Source: Octopus vulgaris (lineage: Eukaryota). Taken from it: 64,000 nt of DNA. Location: NCBI GenBank assembly GCA_951406725.2, contig OX597814.1, positions 44,020,001 to 44,084,000 on the forward strand. Reading direction: 5' to 3'. The translations under genes were made by a program, and so were the position numbers. The notes beneath the pieces were generated by a model. The model did not search any database, had not been told where the DNA came from, and saw only the letters and a list, made by a program, of their open reading frames with translations. Each line of letters starts with the position of its first letter. Position 1 is the first letter of the stretch. Positions 44,842 to 58,239 of the stretch are shown here, piece after piece.

Positions 44842-44905
44842 AAGAAGAAGAAGAAGAAGAAGAAGAAGAAGAAGAAGAAGATGAAGAAAAAGAAGAAGAA
44901 GAAGA
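44746..44905. repeat. (TAA)n(GAA)n compound microsatellite
   Basis: Direct reading. Confidence 0.97.
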
Positions 44906-44906
44906 A

Positions 44907-45330
44907 TTTCTATCATAGGCACAACTCCGGAAATTTTGGGGAAAGGACTTAATCGATTACATCAGCCCTAGTGCTTGACTTGTACTTGTTTTATCGACCG
45001 TGAAAGGATGAAAAGGAAAATCGAGTACGGCGGAATTTGAACTCAGAGCGTAAGGACGGACAAAATGCCGCAATGCATTTTGCCCAGCATGCTAATAATA
45101 ATCCTTACTAATATAGACACAAGGCCTGAATTTTGAGAGGAGGAGGACAGTTGATCACATTGACTTCAGTGTTTTAGTGGTACTTAATATATCGACCCCG
45201 AAAGGATGAAAGGATGAAAGTCGACAAAGCGGAATTTTAACTAAAGAACGTAGCTGCAGACGAAATGATGTCAATAAGCATTTCTCCCGGCGTGCTAACG
45301 TTTCTGTCAGTGCACCGCCAGCGGCATGCT
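44907..45330 (-). mobile_element. Two tandem SINE family B copies
   Basis: Reverse-complement matches to 27337-27549 (atcgacc..gaaaggatgaaa...ggcggaatttgaactcag; gcgtgctaacgtttctg). Confidence 0.8.
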
Positions 45331-46275
45331 AATAATTATAGAAGCAACAATGAAAATACTGCAGTAGACGAAGTTGATAAAGGGAACAAAGAAGAAGAAG
45401 AAGAAGAAGAAGAAGAAGAAGAAGAAGAAAGAAGAAGAAAGAAGAAGAAGAAGAAGAAGAAGAAGAAGGTGATGATGATGATGAGGAGGAGGAGGAGGAT
45501 GAGGATGATGATGATGAAAAGACGGAGGGTTGGAGGAGGAGGGGTCACGATGCAATGAAGTATTAGTGTTTTGATGATAAGCTTTAGCTGTGAATATTAT
45601 TAGTCGGATTTCTAAGGTAATCAGATAATATCACACAAAAAGAACGAGAGGAATAAAGATAATCCGTTGCAGATCAATCTATTGCTCGTAATTTAGCTTA
45701 ACGCATCAAAATAGCTATTTAATAAATAATACTCTTCGTAATACCACACAACTGAAGAGGCGTTACATAACACACCCCATAAACATACACATATACATAC
45801 GTACGTATACACATTTAAAGAATATCAGATATTTAAATGTGTGTGTGTGTGTGTGTGACGTGCATCAACAAAGACAGTCATCATGTAAGAAGTAATGAGG
45901 CACATATCTACGTGTTCCAACACATCAGCAATGAAGCCAGGTGTATGCATCCTATATATTCTTGTACTTGTTTCAGTCATTTGACTGAGGCCATGCTGGA
46001 GCACCACCTTATATATATGCATGCTCTAACTCGACCACTTACTTATATATTCTGTTAACAGAAGAACTCTGTTAACTAAAGATAGAAGTCTTGTGACTTA
46101 GTTGGCATCAATTCTATGACGTAGAATTTAAATAAATTTCAAAGAAAATCATTAATAAATACACATTTACACACACATGGATCTAATTTTGTTTCTACTT
46201 TTCTTCAAACTTCATTTCAGAAATAATATCTATTATCTGTCAACAGAAGCGTTAAGTTTTAAAAGTTATATATAA

Positions 46276-46553
46276 CTGGCACTGCGTCTGTAATGACGAC
46301 GAGTTTTTCAGTTGATCCGATCAGCTTAATACACTGCTCATGAAATTAACGTGCAAGTGGTTGAGCACTCCAAAGCGTGACACAGAATGTGAAAATCCGG
46401 TCTTAGATTTACAGAATCAAGTCATTTTTCCCAGCTGAGTGGACTGGAGCAATGTGAAATAAAGTGCCTTGCTTAATGACAGAACGAGCCGCTGGAAATG
46501 GAACTCACGACCTTACGTTCAAGAGACGATTGCCCTAACCACTAAACTACGCG
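46276..46553 (-). mobile_element. tRNA-derived SINE family C
   Basis: Minus strand begins gcgcgtagtttagtggttagggcaatcg...ggtcgtgagttcc (A/B boxes), followed by a non-tRNA body. Confidence 0.7.
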
Positions 46554-47787
46554 CATATACATACTCGAGATTTAAATTCAATCTTTCAAAACACAAAGAT
46601 AATGATAGAATTAAAGCATTTCAAGTAGTTCTTTGTTTTCTTAATTATTTTGAATATTTGGAACAGCAGTGAATTAGATTTGTGTAATTTGAAATATTCG
46701 GAGTATTTTATATTTTTAAGACAAAATTTTGATGTCTTGATGCTTTATGTGTTCGGGCTCTATTGCTATAGCCTGATTTTAACTGTGTGTGTGCAAACGA
46801 TAGATGAAGTTATAGGTGGGATGTTTTAACGAAGAACGTTATATTTGAGCAATACCATAATGGACGTATTACTTCTTAATTCACGTGTACCGCTGTGTTT
46901 CAAACGGAAATAGAGATGATCAATGCATTGTGATCCTTCTTTCCGCTATATCTGTTGCACGAAGATGAGATATTTGCCAATCTTACCTACCAATGTGGGA
47001 ATAAACTAAATATGTCATGTATGCAGATACGTTCAACGATTTTAGTATTTATGCATGCATGCACACGTCCATTTCTCTGGACCAACGAGAAACGTTATAA
47101 TTTATGCATAGAAGAACAAATACGTGCGTATAAATATAAATATGTATGTTCGTATGTATGTATGTAGATAATCTATCTACATACATACATACCCATACAT
47201 ATATAGTTAGATACATACACACACACGCTCGCGATCGCACACACGTGTATATATGTGCGTGTCTCTGTGGGTATGTATGCGTGTTGATGTGTATAGAATG
47301 AAGCTCTTGGGAATTTGCAATGTATTCATAAATATTACATGTATACATTGTAATATATGAACGTGATTGTTCCTTAAATATAAAAAATGCGAAAATTATA
47401 CATATAAAGATGTGCATAAATATATTTACTTAACGACATACACACATATATGTGTGTGTACGTGAGTGTTTACGTATGTGTGTGTGAATAGCTGTGTCAT
47501 TTATGTGTCTGTGTGTATATTTACATGTAATTTTGCTACATGCATTGACGTATAAAGGCTGGAAGCACTAATTTCCGGTAAGTTGAAAATATTTAAAAAA
47601 CGATCCGAATAACATAAATGAAAGTAGCATGACAGACACAGTTGTTCAGAATAAAATATTTATTCCAAGAAAATTGTAGTTTGGATATTCTTTGATTTTC
47701 TCTTCGTTTCCATATTATTTACTTCATTACTTTCTAATTTACTACATTATAATTTAGTTGCTGCATTATGCAAAACAAAGTTGATAA

Positions 47788-47825
<38 letters not shown>

Positions 47826-47884
47826 TACATGGTAAGACGAGTGGCTGTGTGGTAATTAGCTTGCTTACGAACCGCATGGTTCGA

Positions 47885-48371
47885 CATCTATTGAGTTAAA
47901 AAGCATTCTGTACCGTATGAATATGTCCCCCGTTTAAGAAGCAGATTGGATTTATTTACATTTGTGAACAAAGAAAATGATACCCTTCCCCCACCTCTAA
48001 CCCTAAAAGAGATTGAAATGCAATAGATCGATTCTAGGGTCATAATTATGAGTGACAATTTCATATGACACTGCTAGAAAAAAACTGCCGTTCAAACCGA
48101 AAAGATCCCTGTTGTGTCCTAGCATATATGTTGTTTCTTTTGGTTTTCATATTTTCAAGTGGTGTTTTCTGTCTATTATTTTAATTTCATCCCACAGGGG
48201 GAGGTGGCCTCCATTTTTCCATACATGATCAACTATACCCGATTTATCCATATCTCCCCGTGTCACAGCTTTGTAATGTTCCCCTACCCTTATTTTGAGG
48301 GAATGGCATGTTTCGCCTTTGTATAACCAGCAACAGCTGCATGGGATGGAGTACACGCAGTTCTTAGTCAA
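47885..48371 (-). mobile_element. Penelope-like element GIY-YIG endonuclease fragment
   Basis: NCVYSIPCSCCWLYKGETCHSLKIRVGEH...SGIVDHVW. Confidence 0.85.
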
Positions 48372-49599
48372 TTCTGCCGAGATCGACTCAGACTTATTTT
48401 ATTCACCGATAAAAAAGTACAGCTGAACACTGGACTGAATGTAATAGACTTAGACCCTCCACTTTACTGCTGGCCTTGTGCCAAAAGTTGAAACTAATAT
48501 ACATATACGAGACTTTATTTGATCTGGTTTAGCATAATTTAACAATAATTTCGCTGTTGATAGATAAAATACTTTCCGTTGTCTCACATGTATTTCTGTT
48601 GATATTTATAGGTTTAACATTTCGCAACCCCATATCGTATACGTTTAATTTTCGATTTTTTTTTCTTTTCTGTTTTTCACCAGTTGTTTAGTCAACTGAT
48701 CGTCTTTACTTTTTTTCTCGTGTTTCAAATCGGTTTCCGGAAAAGAATAAGTTATTACGCTTTGATTTGGCATGGGTTAATTTATCGAAGCAACTACGTT
48801 ACAAGGATCAACCTTGAAACACGGTTAACCGAAAAGTAACTAAAAGAAATTGATCAGTAAATATAATTTGAATCACTGTACATTATTTCCGGTCTAACAA
48901 TTAGTTGTTTCCCTCATGCATATTCGTTCACAATTATGAGAAGATAAAGCAATTATATTTTCTTAACTTTCTAATTATTAGTTTCTTGAAAGTTTCCTGT
49001 TGAATTGCATTTGTTTTTGTATTAAACTATATGGGTTGGTGTTTAATGGGGGGGGGGGCGGACATTTAGGGCTTATATTGAAAACCATTAATGCTACTGA
49101 GTTTTATGTAGTTTGTTAACGATATTGTTGGATATATAGCAAATGAGGCGAGTATTAGAAATAATTATTCTTTTTCTCCCATTTTGTTATTGTCTTTGTG
49201 TTTTGTTTTTTGTTTTCTTTTGCTAGGGGATTGAAATGGTTTCATCTTGCGAGATTAACAAAATTTGTGTTACGCATATTCAATTTCCTGAGAGAAAACT
49301 TATTGTTTATACGAGAAATATATTATTCTTCTCGTGGATGCATGGTTGATGGTGTTGCGCAGGAATTTCCAGATGATTGCGGATCTTAAGGAGGATGTTT
49401 GAATAAATGTACTGTTTAGAATCACTTTAGTAATGCAAATTACTGAGTATTACAGAGTATAGATCTGTTGTATCAGATAGGTTTGTTAAAAAAAATGTAT
49501 CCACTTTCAGGATATAGAAATAGCTAAAGTCGGAGCATTTGTGAAAGGAAGCAAGACCTACGACACTATACCCACTGTGGAATTTTACGCAAAAGAGGA

Positions 49600-50363
49600 G
49601 AGCATTCTGCATCAGTAATACGCAAAGCTTACAATGTCCTAGATTTTGGTCTCTCTAAGCAAGTATATTACGCAAGGCTGTCGAATCTGAACGAGGAATG
49701 ATAAAAGACCATTAGTTACTTTAGAATAAATTCATTATTATGTGTTGACGGGGGGATATCCATTAGCATTGTTTCTACGAGGCTGACATTCTACCTCACA
49801 AGGAATTCTTACATCGCTATCTCAGTTCAGATAGGAGGAATCCCAATAGTAAATGGAACACTTAGTTGTGGTCACGCAATTGATCAAGGATGTCGAAGAG
49901 AATGGATCAGACATATCTGCGTTGAGGCTGGATTCTGCGGACGCCTAAACCTCGAGTCAACATAGACTCGTTCAAGAGGATCTGAATAGTCACCATGTCC
50001 TATACGGGACTACTACAAAAGCTTTAGCCTAAGAGTCTGTGTTGATTCCAAAATATCAGAGTACATTTGAAAAAGAGATTATCACTAGATTGTACCGTTT
50101 CAGTAATCCCTTCGTGCTTGCAATTAGGAAGTTATGGTTTGTCGGTGGAATGCAGTGTAGAAGGCTAATCAATATGACTGGTGTTCGGCATTAATGCCTT
50201 TATTGAGGATTGGCGCCAATAACTTCAATTATGAGGGGCAGAAGGCCCCTAAAGGTCCATGATGATTTGTTGACTTCTGGTCGCATACATTTCAAGCTAA
50301 TCAAGGCCAGATATTTTGTGCCACATAAAAGCAGAGTTAAAAACACGTTCGACCTCTCGGTTG

Positions 50364-50405
<42 letters not shown>

Positions 50406-51600
50406 ATCACCGAGAAAGTTAATGAAGAAGCTCCGAAAATGCTTTTAATAGCAGCCTGAAAAACATGTCATCCATCCGTAAAACTCACAAAGAATTGCAA
50501 GCCTGGCTATCTACTTTAGACACCTCAGATCTACTTGGCAATTTTAAGGCCTGAATTTACAATATTATATCCTCTCTCAGATTTATTGGCTGCATTATTG
50601 TCATATGAGGTGTTAATATCTGCAGTAAAAGGTTTTGAGAGGAACTTTAGTTAGTTTGTGCGTAAATGGCTAGGATTTTCTAGATGTCAGAGTTGCATCA
50701 CTCTGCATGGAAAGAAATTTGATTTAAAATTCCAAACCAGCAGCGTGAAAGAATTTGTGGTAACACCTGCTAGGAATGTGTTGCAATACCGAGATTCCTG
50801 CGACCCTAAATTCTCTCAGATTGGTATTGAGATCAGAAGATAGAAATAAAGAACACTGGAGGCTATCATGACAAGGTGCAAGGAGAAGACAAGAGGTTAC
50901 TGTTCCGTAGTGGGTGACAGCATTTGTTCAAGAAGGATTAAAATGTCTGTCGGGATTACGCGCCTGAAAACCTAGCTAGAATGTAACCAATAGGTTGCAC
51001 GCTTAGTCACATGGCCTGCGTCTTGGAGTGGGGAAAATGCTTAATTTAGGGTGTTTTTTATCTCTTGCTCAACCTGTTTTAACGATACAACTTATTTTGC
51101 CCATTCAACATGATTTTCTCAAGAAAGATCGAATCATCAAGATGCCTCCTGTGCTTGAAACGAAGGACTCTGAAAGAGGGATGCTAGCACTTAAAGTATA
51201 AGCAAGTCTTAAAGCTCATAAAAAAACACTATTCGAAGTGGGATTAGCCATTGCAAATGCTTTCTCTGAATGAAGTTTATCACCTTTCTCAAGGCTGGCG
51301 TGAAGACGTCAGCTGCCTGGTTCACTTGCAACAGCGATGGAATGGGCGGACAAATGAGAATAAGAGAAAGAAATGCACTAAGATGTAGTTATGTCGACGA
51401 AATGGTCGCCAAGCAAGGTGTGATTCCATCGAAGTCAGCTACAGAGAATTTGCTGACCACACTCTCTTCAAAACGTGCTACATATTGAGCATCGCAGTGG
51501 CTGTAGGCGGAAAAACATCTAATTGGCTGTAAAGGCATTAGAGGTTGCCTCAAGTTGGCTGTGGAACGGGAATGCGAGCGCTGTAACGAGCACTGTTAAC
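49600..51600 (-). mobile_element. Possible decayed Gypsy-type LTR retrotransposon relic
   Basis: Weak minus-strand motifs in gag-protease-integrase order: YWLH...F (about 50990), SDLNTNLR (about 50830), PLERVYVD (about 49965). Confidence 0.3.
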
Positions 51601-54139
51601 AGGGCTAATGCTAACAGATATAATATATGATTTATCAGCCCCAGTGGGATCTCCTGATTTAGGGTGTCCGACTGTTGAAAGCTCCGAAACTACTTATAAC
51701 CCGACCGCTGATGATATGCGCATATGCATCACAGATTATGCATGGGAAAGTGTGTTTAACGTGTGTTGAGTGAATATATGTCCACTGTACGAAAGGTCTT
51801 CTTTAAATCGGCAATTTGTGCGCGCATCTTGTTAATTATGCCACCTACATATAGTATACCTGAATGCAGAAAAACACTTTAGATGAACAGCAATTGATCA
51901 GGGAGAGGAATTACCTTTTTATGAAGAGTGAATTTAGATTTCATCTATGTTTGAGTTCCATAATATCATTAGAAACAGAGAAGCTTTGTATTTATGGTGA
52001 TAAACGAAAGTTCCAAAACAGTTCTGCTATTCAGTTGTGAGTTATTCATGGCTAGGTCGTTTCTTACGTTGTTCTCCAGATGTTTCGTCACTGAAGCGAT
52101 ATATGTCTTTCATAGATATTTCTATTCCCGGGTTGATAACAAGCGCTTCATACAAGAGAAATGCAGGATATTATTAATCATTCATAGACATGACGGATGT
52201 TTACATATGTGCTTGTTTCTGCATGCTTGTATATGTTGTATGTGTGAATATGTGCGTTTGTTTGTGTATACCTGAGTGTGTGTGTGTAGCGGACGCACCA
52301 CTTGGTTCTCCCTAGTGCAGAGGGTGTCATTCTGTAATGTTGTGAGGCAAAACTCTAGTAGATAAAACTGTAACGAATAGGTACTGTTGTCATGGAAAAT
52401 AGAGAGAACGAATATTGATGAATGATATCATTTACAATTGATTTCATCAAACTTCCTATTTTCCAAGGTAACGCAACTATTCTATTGTCGTAAAAGCAAA
52501 AAAAAAAAGCTAACTTCATTCGGAATAAACGAAAACATTTTTAGACTGCGATATATCAATTTATGAAGAAAAAGATAAGCAACAGAGAGCTTGGCACGCA
52601 TAGAAGCAAGCTCTGCAACGTGACGTTTGAGGGAAAACGCTTAGTCAATATCCATACCACTGTTCTTTTTGCAAAGTAAACATCGGCTCTAATTCTGAGT
52701 ACGATATGCATTACAAATCAAGGTGTGTCAGGTAATTGTGTATGCTATATTAAAGGAAAATATTGTCGTAAATATTCGAAACAGACGGTTCACAATAAAG
52801 TAGTTAAAAGCCATATATACAACTGGTAGTTATAAATGATATCTGCGTAATAAAATTGAAAATAACCAAATATTAGAATACCTCTTAAATAATAAAGATT
52901 ATAAAATAAATATAATTAAATACTCAGATGATAAAGAGAATTATAGATAAATTTATAGGAAGAATTATAGAAGTATAAACAGGAGATTAACAAACAGGCA
53001 GATAAAACCTGAAACGAAGTTAAATAATATACGAGGAATAATAATTTTGTTTAGAGATAAAAATATCAATAACATTTACGGCGAAAGTGAAAACACTACG
53101 GAATATATTTTTTAGAAGCTTTCGAGACGGTAGAAAATTGTCTTGAATTTCATAAATAGTTAATTGCATGGTCGTCGTACTTTCTGACTCAACGTTAAAT
53201 CTTAGAAACGGAAAATACTAAAACAAATTGTCTAAGATGCTATAATAATAACAATGTGTCGATATGTTTGGTCTACTATAATTTTTGAAACGAAAAGACA
53301 TACATGATATTTTTCTACCTTTATTCTTGGAGTGTGCAGATATTATAGTACATGTGAATTTGATTATATAGGCGTGTGCATATGTGCGTGTATGTATGTG
53401 TTGTTTGTGTGCGTATGTGTCTATGTTTGTATGCATGTATGTGTGTAAGTTTATGTGTGCCTGTGCGTGTCGTCTAATTTTAATTATTTGAATCTTTCGG
53501 GTAAGGAAAGAAATGGTTTCTAACAAAGTCGCAAAGCTCCATTTTTAGAATGTAGATAACAAATATAACTTCACACTGAGAACATGAGAAAGTGTCTTGC
53601 ATCCCTTTATTGTTCCGCTTACTGATTGCATCTGTAATGTGCGAGTTAGCGGCTTGATTTTTCTTTCTGAAAACCCCAGCTTATACAGGTTATCACTTAA
53701 CATTTCGTCACAAAACCAAGTGCACCAATTGTTATTGATATAAATATAAATTTATATTCTGGATATAGAATCTGGGTTTTTCAAGCAATAGTTCTAAATT
53801 TACACTCTTTTTCTTCAATTTTCGAAGCATGGCAACCGATTGCAATGGTGGTACACATATTTTCTGTTCCAAAGAACACTTGTTTGCACTTGATAGAAAC
53901 TTCGAAGGAAACCTACCAATGTTCTTTGTGGTGTTGTATTGTACGTATTCTTTGTAGTGATTGGTATTGTACGTATTGAGCTGCAAGGTCGACAACAAAA
54001 CGGATATTATTATTATTACTATTATTCTCATTATTATCGTTACTATTGTAATTATCATTATCGTCACCATCATTATCGCCATTGTCATTGCCATTATTGT
54101 TATTATTTTTCATATACACTCAACATAGAAGACTGTTGG

Positions 54140-56790
54140 AAAAGAAAAAAATCCTAACATTGGACTACAACAAGTAACCTTAGATGCCATGAACTCTGCT
54201 AAGTATCCTAGCTGTCCCTAATAAAAGCAGTATCCTAGCTATCATTGGAGCTGTATTAAACTGGGTTTTATGATTATCTCCTCTGTCCATCTGATCACAT
54301 TTTTAGGGACAATTCTCAATACATCTATCACTACTGGGATTTATTTTAACCGCATTTTCCATAGCATCTGTACTTCAATATCTAGGTTCTTTTTTTCTAT
54401 ACGTCTCATATTGATTTTTTCATCATTTGGGAGTGTAATGTCAATTTTCTGGCACTTTCTATTGTCTCTGTCTACAATTACTAAATCAGGCTTTCTAGCT
54501 TCTATTACCCTTTGAGTCTCAGTTTTTAAAGTCCCACAGCATCTTGTATTTCTTACTTTTTAGTACTTTCCTAGGTTTATGTTCATGCCGTTTATTAGTA
54601 TGTTCAAACCCTAGCTTTCAGCAATACTTTCAGTGGATTACTATCCCTAGGTTGTCATGTCTTTTCTTGTATTCTTTTTGTGCCATCATGCTACATTCAA
54701 TTACGATATAAGTAACGCATTCCTCTTTTTATTTGCATTAACTACATTGAAATCTACTTGGTTTTTGTCTATCTTGGCTCTTATCCAATTAGTCCTTTAT
54801 GCATGATCTAATGCTGCTACTAACAAAATTCCTGTTTCCCTTTTCATCATTCCTTTCTGCAAACATAGTCTTATATTAGTCTCACCACTAATATTTGCTG
54901 CAACTATCGTTGCGAATCTACCAGGCAACGCCTTCTCCTGCCAGTCAGATAATTGTGGTTTTTTTCTGGTATTTAACTTCATTTCGGTTTTTGGTTTCCC
55001 TATATCTTACTCTGACTCTAGTGCTTTTAATAAACTTTCTTCACTACTACCTATGTAAGAGTCTATATCTACTGTAGCCAACTACACGCAGTCTTCTCCT
55101 CATATTAACCCCTTTCGCCTTCCTTTCTATGTAAGTATAATCTTGCTACTCCTGCTGCCCTTGTGTGGAATCCTCCATTCATATTGAATTCCTTCCTAAT
55201 CCTTCTGACTAGCTTTGCTAATTCAGTTTTTGTCCAACCTCTAAAAGCTGCTGAGTATTTAAGTAATGTTACTGCCCAAATATTTGCAGCCTTCACTAGA
55301 TTTGACTTCATTAGCTTCCTCACCCTTTTGATGTACTCCTCAAATTCCGTTTTCATTTCTATAGTACTCTGTCAGATTCTAATATTCCTATATACTTATA
55401 ACTCTCTCTTTCTTTCAATGATTTTAATGTCTCGCCATCTGGCAATTGGATGGTTTCGCTGTTGACTACCTGTTCCCCTCTCATGATTAATATTGCACAC
55501 GTACCTATGTCAAATTCCATCCTTATATCTTCACTGAATAGTTGTACAGTCTGTATTAAGGAATCTATCTCTTTTTCATCCTTACTAAAAAGCTTCAGTT
55601 CATCCATTTAGAGTAAATGGTTAATTTTTCCCTTACCCTTTCTGAACTGATACCCTGTCTTTGCCTTACTTAATACTAACTGAGGCAAATATATAGCAAT
55701 TATTAAAGGAGACAACATTTAATAATTCCTGGAAAATTCCTCATTTCATATTAACTTTCCCTCAGTGTATGTCACCTGATTAGAGGTCTACATTCCATTT
55801 CTCCATGCAAAACCTAATTAATTCTTTTAAGTTGTCTGCTATACTGAATATACTCAGGCATTCACTTATCCATGAGTGTGGGATCATGGCATAGGCTCTC
55901 CTATAATCTATCCATGATATTGTTAGATTTTTCTTTCTATCTTTTACTAGAAATAGTTCATGCGTTCCTCTAGCCTTTTTTCTGCATCCTTTTTATTCTC
56001 CTGGCAGTAAATTCTGGTAAACAGTAATGCTTTTCCGAAAGTATTCCTGTTAACAGCTTCCACACTAATGGTAAGCAAGTTATTAGTCTATAGTTGTTAG
56101 CTGTACTACACTTGCTCTTATCTTACATAATGAGTCTTGTTCTCCCTTTCGTCATCCAGTTGGATATTGTTCCTCCATTATGGCAAACCTGAAGTTCTTC
56201 CCGTAGCCTCCAATGTAAACTACTAAATTTCTTTAGACAGTATCCTTGAATTAAATCTGGTCCTGGGTTCTTCCAATTCGGCATTTTTCCTAACTTTATT
56301 AATTCATACACTACTTAATCTTAGATCTGGCTGCTTCCAACTGACTATTTCTTCCCTCACTTTCTTTAACCAAACTGCATCTCCAGTATGATTGACTGGC
56401 TTATCCAAAATATTATTCCAAGCTTCTTCCGCATTAGGTTTCTCATCTTCTGGATTTCGTTCCCACTATTGATTTGGTTATAAAATTCCCTCTGGTCTGT
56501 CTCAAATAATCTATTCTGTTGATACTGATCTATTCATTTCTGATATCGGGAGACCTTACCTGCTACTGATATGATACCCTGTGTCAAGTCTTGTATTACT
56601 CTCCCAAATGCTTTCTCTTTGACTAAGTATGTTTTCTCAAGGGAGCATTTGCAACTTGTGTATCCTAACTTGGTCAGTTTCCAGGTTTTGATTCAACTCA
56701 AACCTGTTCTTAAAGTTTTCACTTTATTTTGTAGTATTATTTTCCACATTTCCTCTCTTTTAATCTTTCTCTGTGAGCTATCTAATCTTC
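54140..56790 (-). mobile_element. Degraded R4/Dong-type retrotransposon
   Basis: MPNWKNPGPDLIQGY, MDELKLFSK, YKYIG, WQEKALPGRF and RLE motifs; degenerate (TTA)n tail at 54005-54110. Confidence 0.88.
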
Positions 56791-56990
56791 TATTACTACA
56801 TGTGGAAATTGAACCGGTGACTATTAGATATTAAGGCAGTATGATTTCCCAGGACACAACATTTGTTTGAACACACGAATTCACACAGTCTTGCAAGCAC
56901 ATACACAAAGGAATTATGTATTCTTTTACTTGTTTCAGTCATTATACTGTGGTCGTGCTGGAGCACCATATATATATATATATATATATA

Positions 56991-57025
<35 letters not shown>

Positions 57026-57229
57026 TATGTATGTACGTATGTCCTCCACTGGTATTGGTTCCATCGACTCGAAAACGATAAAAAGCAAACTCGAGCCCGG
57101 CTAAATTTGAACTAAGAATATATATATATGTATATATGTATATTTATTAGATGGTTTGGAGGTAATACACAGGTATTATATATTACAAAAAATAAAGCAA
57201 ACCTTATTTTTTCTAATATATACATACTC

Positions 57230-57448
57230 TTTTACTCTTTTACTTGTTTCAGTCATTTGACTGTGGCCATGCTGGAGCACCGCCTTTAGTCGAGCAAATC
57301 GACCCCGAGATTTATTCTTTGTAAGCCCAGCACTTATTCTATCGGTCTCTTTTGCCGAAACGCTAAGTAACGGGGACGTAAACACACCAGCATCGGTTGT
57401 CAAGCGATGTTGGGGGGGACAAACACAGACACACAAACATACACACAC

Positions 57449-57481
<33 letters not shown>

Positions 57482-57653
57482 CGACGGGCTTCTTTCAGTT
57501 TCCGTCTACCAAATCCACTCACAAGGCTTTGGTCGGCCCGAGACTATAGTAGAAGACACTTGCCCAAGGTGTCAAGGTGCCAGGCAGTGGGACTGAACCC
57601 GGAACCGTGTGGTTGGTAAGCAAGCTACTTACCACACAGCCACTCCTGTGCCT
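57230..57653 (-). mobile_element. SINE family A, full length
   Basis: Reverse complement of the 9495-9985 structure. Confidence 0.93.
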
Positions 57654-58002
57654 ATATATATATATATAAATTCAGTGTACATTTAAACATGTAACAGACA
57701 TCCATCATAGGACTCCTTGCACGCTTGAGAGGACAGTTAAATTTTCCAAACCACTATTAGGGATAAAATTTCGAAGAGAATGAAAAATATAGAAACATTT
57801 ACCGTCTAACTCCTGGACCAATGGTTTCAGACCTTTTCTAGCAAATAAAATAATTTGCTAGGCGAAGTCTTTTGCAGCAGGTACCCCTTAGATTAAATAT
57901 TTATACACGAAGCAATCCAGTATATATCCCGTGTTTATACATTCTGGATAGGGATGCAAAGGGTAGGTTCGCAGCATTTTCAAATTTATAAATTATCTAA
58001 TT

Positions 58003-58060
58003 ATTGTGCTGAGGACGGGAATGAATTTGTATAATTCTAACCCAGAAACGCGTCCACAAT
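58003..58060 (+). ncRNA. Minimal type I hammerhead ribozyme motif
   Basis: Stem I attgtg/cacaat, core CTGAGGA, extended stem II ggg..gaatt/aattc..ccc, GAAA, short palindromic stem III (cgcg), GTC cleavage triplet. Confidence 0.72.
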
Positions 58061-58239
58061 TAATCGAAGACTGTTTGGTTTCGTTATTTTTCTTCTTTTG
58101 CCTATGTGAGTTACAAGTATTGTTATCTGTGGAATAATATCTGTAGTAAAAAAAGGAATAAGCTGTTTTTGGCTGCTATTTCTAAATCTTCGGTATGTGT
58201 TTATGCAACTTGTTGCTTAACCCTTAATTATATATATAT

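Noticed and set aside
53732-54094. 120-aa minus-strand ORF as a host exon
   Set aside because: It starts in a degenerate TAA tail, has no recognisable domain and lacks a pyrimidine-rich acceptor.
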